Made by a program: the position numbers and the translations under genes. A DNA stretch of 64,000 bases. Source: a bacterium. GTDB taxonomy: Archaea; Thermoplasmatota; E2; JACPAO01; JAHFTW01. Numbering within the stretch: position 1 is the first letter of the stretch; each line of letters opens with the position of its first letter. Where the stretch lies: assembly GCA_040390065.1 (NCBI GenBank), contig JAZJZE010000004.1, positions 1 through 64,000 on the forward strand. Direction: 5' to 3'. The notes below the pieces were generated by a model. That model saw only the letters and a list, made by a program, of their open reading frames with translations, was not told the origin of the DNA and made no database searches. This document shows positions 57,994-64,000 of the stretch, in pieces.

Positions 57994-58187
57994 AGGGCAG
58001 GGGGGTCCAGGTCGCTCGGTCTTGGCGCCCGGGGCCGTGCTGGGGGGCGGCGGTCGCCGGGAGGGGCAGGACGGTCAGGATCGACGGGGCGTCCAGGCTT
58101 GGCGGGTCGGCCTGGTTGGCCGGGCTTGGGAGGCGGCGGTACATCGTCGGGCCGCGGTCCGGTTGGCGCGCTTGGCATGACAGACAT
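57990..58187 (-). CDS. Small Pro-rich protein (uncertain)
   Basis: 65 aa, PKPGQPGRPAKPGRP repeats. Confidence 0.35.
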   Translation of the reverse strand: MSVMPSAPTGPRPDDVPPPPKPGQPGRPAKPGRPVDPDRPAPPGDRRPPARPRAPRPSDLDPPAL

Positions 58188-58333
58188 TTTGGCTTCACCT
58201 TGCAATAAGGGTGCGCCTGCTCCGGAGAAGCCTGGCCAAACGTCGCGAGGCCGTTGGCGGCATCGCAGGATACTTCGTTTCGGCCAAGGTTGTCCCAACA
58301 AGGTTTTTCGTGACGGACTTTCATGGTCGGGGC

Positions 58334-58750
58334 ATGGCAGCAAATCTAGCTCCCGTGTACGTCAACGACGCCCGCATCACCTTGCAGGGCGACCCGAAAC
58401 CCAACGTCTGGAAGATTATCGAGGTCTTGGGCAAGCAACCCAACGACTGCGAGGTCGTGCGGCTGCAAGGCCAGATGGACGTTCAGGGCAAGACTCTCAG
58501 CCCCAACGACGTCATCGACCGCACTTCCGGGGCAGACAGCCCCGTCTACCTGAAGTGCATCGACCGCAATGACCCCAGTTCGGCCGGCTTCAAGGGCAAG
58601 GCAGCACCGGCCGGCAAGTTCGGCACGACCCCGACGTCCAGCCCGGCCAAGCCGACCATGAAGGGCCATGACAAGGGGCCGCAAGAGGAATCCGCGACGG
58701 CCGGCAAGGGCGAACCGACCTTCGGGACCTCAGAGGAAGCAGATTACTAG
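58334..58750 (+). CDS. Ubiquitin-like (multiubiquitin-type beta-grasp) domain plus disordered tail
   Basis: VYVND..ITL..PNVWKIIEVLGK.PNDCEVVRL..GKTLSPNDVID..VYLKC; strong GC3 bias. Confidence 0.6.
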   Translation: MAANLAPVYVNDARITLQGDPKPNVWKIIEVLGKQPNDCEVVRLQGQMDVQGKTLSPNDVIDRTSGADSPVYLKCIDRNDPSSAGFKGKAAPAGKFGTTPTSSPAKPTMKGHDKGPQEESATAGKGEPTFGTSEEADY

Positions 58751-58797
58751 CGCGACGACCCCGATAGGGCTACAAGCCGGGCCAAATTGGCCATCGC

Positions 58798-59811
58798 ATG
58801 CGTCGCGGCGTTGCAGCCCTGCTCTTGGTCGTCTCCGCCGCGGGCGGCACCATGTTCGCCCTCATCCCCGTCCTGCCCTGGCTGCGTTGGCTTGGCCTCG
58901 CCGTGTGCCTGCTGGCCTTCTTCATCGCCATGGGTTGGCTGCTCTCCGGCGTCCCCCAAGGCATTTTCGTCGGCAAGGGAAAGACCTGGAGCCTCAGCAT
59001 CACCCAGGCCCTCCTGTGGACCGTCATCCTGCTGCCCGCCGTCCTCACCGTTTGGCTGGCGCGCTTGGGTCATGCCGGGCCCGCGGACGTCCAGATCAGC
59101 AACGAGCTCCTTCTTCTCATGGGTCTCCCCATTGCGTCATTGACCGGTGCCGCCGCCATCACGGCGGGCAAGGCCCGCAACCGCAGGACCCCGGTCAATC
59201 TCGACCAGAACCAAGTGGACTACGTGCACAAGCACCTGGATGCCTTCTGGGCGGGCTACCTCGATAGTCGCCCTGAGACGCCGGCTGGGGAGGCGCGCCA
59301 GGCCCCGCCCAAATTTCCCCGCGCCGTCGAGACGGCACTCAATGCTTCACCGGAGGCGCGGCCGGAGAGCCTGACCGACCTGCGCAAGTTGTCGCACGTT
59401 GCGGCCAGGGTGGAAGCCGGGTCGATGGGGGCCCGCCCGGCAGGGCCGCAGGATCCCGTCGTCACGGCCTTCATGGACTACCTCGACCAGTACATGGCGA
59501 AGGCGCGGCGCGGGGTCGTGGTTGTGAACCTGGACCGCAAGGAGGCGCGGCCGTCGGACATGCTAAGCGGCGACGAGGTCGGCGACGCGGATGGAACGGA
59601 CTTTGGCAAGGTGCAGTACTTCGTCGTCAGTTTGCTGGCCATGGTGGCGTACATCGTCATGTTGCTGCAGTTCCTCGGCCGCGACGGGCTCTGCAATGGC
59701 ACGGCGGAGTGCGCGCTTCCCGCTGCGCAAGGGGCGTTGACCGGAATGCTGCTCACGAGCACCGTGGGGTACCTCGGGTTGAAGGGCGCACCCAGCACCC
59801 CGACGAACTAG
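58798..59811 (+). CDS. Multi-pass membrane protein with an internal repeat
   Basis: SLSITQALLWT..ISNELLLLMGL and DFGKVQYFVVS..LTGMLLTSTVGYLG. Confidence 0.7.
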   Translation: MRRGVAALLLVVSAAGGTMFALIPVLPWLRWLGLAVCLLAFFIAMGWLLSGVPQGIFVGKGKTWSLSITQALLWTVILLPAVLTVWLARLGHAGPADVQISNELLLLMGLPIASLTGAAAITAGKARNRRTPVNLDQNQVDYVHKHLDAFWAGYLDSRPETPAGEARQAPPKFPRAVETALNASPEARPESLTDLRKLSHVAARVEAGSMGARPAGPQDPVVTAFMDYLDQYMAKARRGVVVVNLDRKEARPSDMLSGDEVGDADGTDFGKVQYFVVSLLAMVAYIVMLLQFLGRDGLCNGTAECALPAAQGALTGMLLTSTVGYLGLKGAPSTPTN

Positions 59812-59972
59812 CGTCTTCCGCATAAGTCGCCTGACGTCCGGCTGCACGGAGCCGACCGTCCGCGGCGTCAGGCGCCCTTGCCGTACCTCCAGTACGGCCG
59901 CGGACGTCTTCCTTGCGGCCGGCACGCTGCGCGATACCCGGACGGACAGACGACTTCTGCTTCAGACTCTAG
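59808..59972. mobile_element. MITE-like element with imperfect terminal inverted repeats bounded by CTAG
   Basis: 59808-59841 and the reverse complement of 59938-59972 match at 27 of 35 positions; no credible coding ORF inside. Confidence 0.5.
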
Positions 59973-60083
59973 GCCCCGAAGCGCTTCCTCTGCAACCCTC
60001 CCTTCACCTCGAAGATTTGAGGACTACACCTGAAGGCGAAAATGGTCTGGACCAGAAACAGAGGGGTGGCGAGCCGACAGCTT

Positions 60084-61040
60084 CTAGCAGTAGCAAGCGA
60101 GCACGCGGGAACGCTCCAAGCCCATCTCCTGCGCGAGCGCGGAGGCCGCGGCGGGGTCCGGCCGCGACACCGGTGGAGGCCCCGGCGTCGGCAGGGCCGC
60201 GATGAAGGCGTCCATCTCGTCGAAGGCCGCGAGCGTGAGTCCGGATTCGCGAATCAAGCGGTGGTAGCGGTCGTCGCCGCCGGCGTGGGCGGCCGATATG
60301 ATGCGGCGCAAGTCGGGCTCCTCCTGCAGGGCCTTCAGGCCGGTCTTCCAGCCAAAGCCGCGCACACCGTCGTTCCAGTCGGTGCCGCACAGGATGGCGA
60401 TGCCACGCAATTGCGCCATCGACAGGCCATGCCCCGCAAGGTCAGCGAGGTGGTAGAGGTAGGCGTCCGGCGAGCCGACTTTTCGGATGACCGTGGGGGC
60501 TCCGGCGACGAGCGCATCGAAGTCCTCCGTCGCCACGGCCTGGGCGTAGCCAGCATGGCACAAAGCCGCCGCATACCGTTCGCCGTCATGATCGGCCCGC
60601 ACCACGGCCACGCCGAGAGCCGTCATCAGGCGCGTGCAGTCAGCGATCATGGCGCGGTCCAGTGTCGTGGTGGCCCGCAGGAACTTCTGGTGCGCCGCGT
60701 GGTCGCCAGCCGCCTTCGCCTCCTCGGCGTTGAGGGCCGCCTCGAGTTTGCGCTGGATGCGCTCCTCGACCGTGCCCCACTTGCGCGGATGCACTTGGCC
60801 GTCCCAGACGATGATGGGCTCGGCGCCGCGTTCGCGCAGGTGGCGCACCAGGTTGACGTAACCGATGAGGTGGCCGATGGGGCGGCCCTCGGCGCTGCGC
60901 AGCAAATCGCCGTCGCGGCCCCGGAAACTCGTCAGGTAGCGAAACGCGACGTTGTGGCCGTCCACGGCGATGCGCTTGCCGTGGTACCAGCCGTCGGCGA
61001 CGGCATGCTTGGGAAACAGGTCCCGCAGGTTGACGCCCAA
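60084..61040 (-). CDS. FEN1/XPG-family flap endonuclease-like protein lacking a PIP box
   Basis: TTG start gives MGVNLRDL; IAVDGHN, VWDG, DGE, TEDFD, LCGTDWN, GFGWKTG. Confidence 0.85.
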   Translation of the reverse strand: MGVNLRDLFPKHAVADGWYHGKRIAVDGHNVAFRYLTSFRGRDGDLLRSAEGRPIGHLIGYVNLVRHLRERGAEPIIVWDGQVHPRKWGTVEERIQRKLEAALNAEEAKAAGDHAAHQKFLRATTTLDRAMIADCTRLMTALGVAVVRADHDGERYAAALCHAGYAQAVATEDFDALVAGAPTVIRKVGSPDAYLYHLADLAGHGLSMAQLRGIAILCGTDWNDGVRGFGWKTGLKALQEEPDLRRIISAAHAGGDDRYHRLIRESGLTLAAFDEMDAFIAALPTPGPPPVSRPDPAAASALAQEMGLERSRVLACYC

Positions 61041-61125
61041 GTGTTCCCACCCGTGGCGACGCCGCCCTCCCTTATGGGCTTCGCCCCGTAGGGCTAAGAA
61101 CCGTGCCAACCGATGCCTCCGGGTC

Positions 61126-62784
61126 ATGGCACTCCGGGCGAGCGCCCCATCGGCAGCCGAACAGAAGGCGTTCACCGCCGAGAAGAATACGGCCCTGGTC
61201 CGTCTTGCCGTGATTGTCTTCGGGGTCAGCGTCTACTGGGCGGCGTACTATCCGCGCGGCATCCCGTGGTTGGCTGGCGCCGTCAGCGCCGTTGCTCTGG
61301 CGTACGCCCTCTACGACGTCTTCGGACAGCCCTACCGCCATTTCCCCATCCTTCTCACGAGCATGTGGACCGCCGTGACCGACGCCGCGCTCATCACCGT
61401 GTGGCTGCACGCAACCGGCGACATCGACTCGCCGTTCTATCTGCTCTGGTTCCTATCCATCGTCGCCGTCGCGTTCCGCTACGATTGGCGAGCCACGGCA
61501 GTCGCCTGTGTCCTCTACCTCGCCCTCTACACGGGCCTCGTCGCGGCGACCGGGGGCCTGCCAGCGCGCTGGCTCGATCTGACCATCCGCCTCGGCTACC
61601 TGGCCTTGCTCGGGGCCTTGGGGAGCATCCTTGCGCGGGAGTCGGCGCGCATCTTCGACGAACGCTTCGCGCTGGGCCAACGCGTCGAGGAGGCGGACCG
61701 CTTCCGCGCCCTCGCCGAGGCCTCGCCCCAGGCCTTGATCGTCCACCAAGGAACCCGGATCCTCGACGTCAACCAAGCCTACCTTGACCTCATCGGCAGG
61801 TCCCGTGAGGCCGCCATTGGACAGGCGCCGCTCGACCTGCTCGATGCCGCGGGAAAGGCGCGCGCGGCCCGCCAGCTCGACGTGCCCAGCGACGAGCCGT
61901 TCGAGGTCGTCGCCCATCTGCCGCAAGGGCACCGCGTCCTACGCATCCAGTCGCGCGCCGTCACGTTCATGGGTCAGGCCGCGCGCGTCGCCGCGTTTGC
62001 CGACGTGACAGAGGAACGCGCTGCCGAGAGGGAACGCGCCAAGGCACTGCAAAGCGAGATGGAAGTGCAGCGCCTGCGCGAGATGGACCGCTTCAAGACC
62101 GAGTTCATCAACGCGGCGGCGCACGAACTCAACACGCCGCTGACACCCATCAAGTTGCAACTGCACGTGCTGCGCCGCAGTTTTCGGGATGCAGCTCCCG
62201 AGCAGCAGGCCGGATTCGCCCTCCTGGACCGCAACCTGACGCGCCTGTCGCAACTCGTCGAGGACATGTTGGACGTCGCGCGCCTGGAATCGGGCCGCAT
62301 CCGCCTCGACCCAAAGCCGTGCGACGTCATGCGGTTGGCGCAAGAAACGGCGGAGACGTTCCGCGAGATGGCCCAGGAGAAGGGCATCTTGCTCACCGTG
62401 ACCGGTCGCGGGCCTCTGTCGGCCGTCGCGGATGCCAAACGCGTCACCCAGATTCTGTACAACCTTGTCTCCAACGCCCTCAAGTTCACTCCTTCCGGTG
62501 GCCACGTCACGGTGGCGGCCCAAGCGTCGCCGGCCGTCGTCACCCTCGCCGTCCAGGATACGGGCTTCGGCATGACTCCCAACGAGGCCGGCCTCCTGTT
62601 CCATCCCTTCGTCCAATTGCACCGTGACCGCGTCATGGTGGCCGGCACCGGTCTTGGGCTGTACATCAGTCGGGGCTTGGCGGAACGGCATGGCGGAGCC
62701 CTCGTTTGCGAGAGCCCGGGCCCCGGTTTTGGGTCGACCTTCACCCTCAGCCTGCCCCCCGCAGGTCCGCCGCCGGGCCGCTGA
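61126..62784 (+). CDS. Membrane PAS-domain sensor histidine kinase
   Basis: About 6 TM, PAS, AHELNTPLT H-box, NLVSNALKF, DTGFG, GTGLGL. Confidence 0.93.
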   Translation: MALRASAPSAAEQKAFTAEKNTALVRLAVIVFGVSVYWAAYYPRGIPWLAGAVSAVALAYALYDVFGQPYRHFPILLTSMWTAVTDAALITVWLHATGDIDSPFYLLWFLSIVAVAFRYDWRATAVACVLYLALYTGLVAATGGLPARWLDLTIRLGYLALLGALGSILARESARIFDERFALGQRVEEADRFRALAEASPQALIVHQGTRILDVNQAYLDLIGRSREAAIGQAPLDLLDAAGKARAARQLDVPSDEPFEVVAHLPQGHRVLRIQSRAVTFMGQAARVAAFADVTEERAAERERAKALQSEMEVQRLREMDRFKTEFINAAAHELNTPLTPIKLQLHVLRRSFRDAAPEQQAGFALLDRNLTRLSQLVEDMLDVARLESGRIRLDPKPCDVMRLAQETAETFREMAQEKGILLTVTGRGPLSAVADAKRVTQILYNLVSNALKFTPSGGHVTVAAQASPAVVTLAVQDTGFGMTPNEAGLLFHPFVQLHRDRVMVAGTGLGLYISRGLAERHGGALVCESPGPGFGSTFTLSLPPAGPPPGR

Positions 62785-62828
62785 AGGCTTTCGCTCCTTT
62801 CATCTAGGGTGGCCCCTCATGGCGAGCC

Positions 62829-63623
62829 ATGGCATCCCCGTTTGCCGACTCCCGTGTCCTCATCACCGGGGCGACATCCGGCATCGGCGAAGCGACGGCG
62901 GAAGCGTTCTGCCGCGAAGGCTGCAAGGAGATCATCGTGACGGGCCGCCGCGAGGAGGTCCTGAAGGAGAAGGCGAAGGGCTGGTCCGACCGTTACGGCA
63001 CCGACGTCGCCGCCGTCGTCCTGGATGTTCGCAGCCGCCCAGACATCGAGGCCATCGCCGAGCAGCACGCCAGTCTCTTCGACGTCGACATCCTGGTCAA
63101 CAACGCAGGTCTTGCGCGCGGCGTCGAGCCCATGCAAGCGGCCGAGATCGACGACTGGGAAGAGATGCTCGAGACGAACGTGCTCGGCCTGTTGTACATG
63201 ACGCGCCACGTCGTGCCCCACATGGTTTCGCGCGACTCGGGGCGCGGGCGTGGTCACATCGTCAACCTCGGATCCGTGGCGGGCCGCTGGACGTACCCGG
63301 GCGGCGGCGTCTACTGCGCCAGCAAGGCCGCGGTCAAGGCGCTCACGGAGGGACTGCGCATGGACCTCTTGGGCAAGAACATCCGCGTCACCAACATCGA
63401 ACCCGGCATCGTCGACGGCACGGAGTTCAGCCTCGTCCGGCACAAGGGCGACGCCGCGAAGGCCAAACGCGTCTACGAGAACACGCGGCCCCTTTCGACC
63501 TCGGACATCGCGGAGACCATCCTGTGGTGCTGCAGCCGGCCCGAGCACGTCAACATCCAGGAACTCGTGCTGTACCCGACGGACCAGGCCCACGTCGGGC
63601 AGGTCTACCGCACGTCGGGGTAG
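62829..63623 (+). CDS. SDR oxidoreductase (YdfG-like, NADP-dependent)
   Basis: TGATSGIG, NNAG, YCASK, IEPG. Confidence 0.92.
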   Translation: MASPFADSRVLITGATSGIGEATAEAFCREGCKEIIVTGRREEVLKEKAKGWSDRYGTDVAAVVLDVRSRPDIEAIAEQHASLFDVDILVNNAGLARGVEPMQAAEIDDWEEMLETNVLGLLYMTRHVVPHMVSRDSGRGRGHIVNLGSVAGRWTYPGGGVYCASKAAVKALTEGLRMDLLGKNIRVTNIEPGIVDGTEFSLVRHKGDAAKAKRVYENTRPLSTSDIAETILWCCSRPEHVNIQELVLYPTDQAHVGQVYRTSG

Positions 63624-63628
63624 TCCAC

Positions 63629-63901
63629 GTGCGCCTGCACCTTTGGGTGTCGGGGCGAGTGCAGGGCGTCTACTTCCGCGAATCCATGCGACGCGAAGCC
63701 GAGCGCATGGGCGTCGAGGGCTGGGTGCGCAACATGCCCGACGGCCGCGTCGAAGCGGTCGTGCAAGGCGACGCGCCGCTGGTTCAGGCGTTGGCGACGT
63801 GGTGCAAGCGAGGGCCGCCGGCCGCCGAGGTCACCGGCGTGGAAGCGGCGCCGGAACCGGACGCTCCGCTTGGCGACGCGGGATTCCACGTCCGCCGGTG
63901 A
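63629..63901 (+). CDS. acyP: Acylphosphatase
   Basis: SGRVQGVYFR, GWVRN, DGRVE, GPPAA. Confidence 0.93.
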   Translation: MRLHLWVSGRVQGVYFRESMRREAERMGVEGWVRNMPDGRVEAVVQGDAPLVQALATWCKRGPPAAEVTGVEAAPEPDAPLGDAGFHVRR

Positions 63902-63954
63902 ATTGGATGGTCACCCCACAATGGATTTAGCCTAGGAGCAGGGGTCGTTCGTCC

Positions 63955-64000
63955 ATGCACCGTGTTGGGCTTTGTCTCGTCCTGGTCCTTGCCACCCTGG
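63955..64000 (+). CDS. Start of a secreted protein, truncated by the window edge
   Basis: MHRVGLCLVLVLATL signal-like start; TATA-like ATTTAG about 28 nt upstream. Confidence 0.4.
   Translation, partial: MHRVGLCLVLVLATL

Noticed and set aside
59812-60083. SRP RNA, RNase P RNA or glycine riboswitch in the 270 nt convergent gap
   Set aside because: The conserved cores (SRP helix 8, GAGGAAAGUCC, GGAGA...CUCAGG) are not present on either strand.
1-64000. CRISPR array, tRNA, rRNA, integrase or prophage
   Set aside because: No spaced direct repeats, cloverleaf with T-arm consensus, rRNA signatures or recombinase/capsid motifs were seen by eye.

Overview
High-GC, gene-dense archaeal chromosomal segment. 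The archaeal-type ThrRS, uL11, Dph5, Nep1, Trm5, RadB, FEN1-like nuclease, deoxyhypusine synthase and A-type ATPase subunit D, mixed with bacterial-like signalling and transport genes, suggest a high-GC Thermoplasmatota-like lineage (inference). About 65 CDS, mostly housekeeping, transport, DNA repair and small secreted or lipoproteins. Many genes have a TATA-like box about 25-30 nt upstream of the start, consistent with leaderless transcripts. I found no rRNA, tRNA, CRISPR array, transposase or prophage. Most notable items: (1) a translationally coupled split RLAN / RimK ATP-grasp / GNAT / anion-permease operon behind a SulP gene, a candidate peptide-ligation system; (2) an orphan rpl11 missing one proline of the thiopeptide-binding PP motif, behind a structured leader; (3) a stand-alone multiubiquitin-like beta-grasp protein; (4) a FEN1-family nuclease with no PIP box; (5) a CTAG-flanked MITE-like inverted-repeat element; (6) a PepP in frame with a 4-TM N-terminal module; (7) paralogous EF-hand-like surface proteins with C-terminal sorting signals. 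All calls are from motif recognition by eye; no searches were run.
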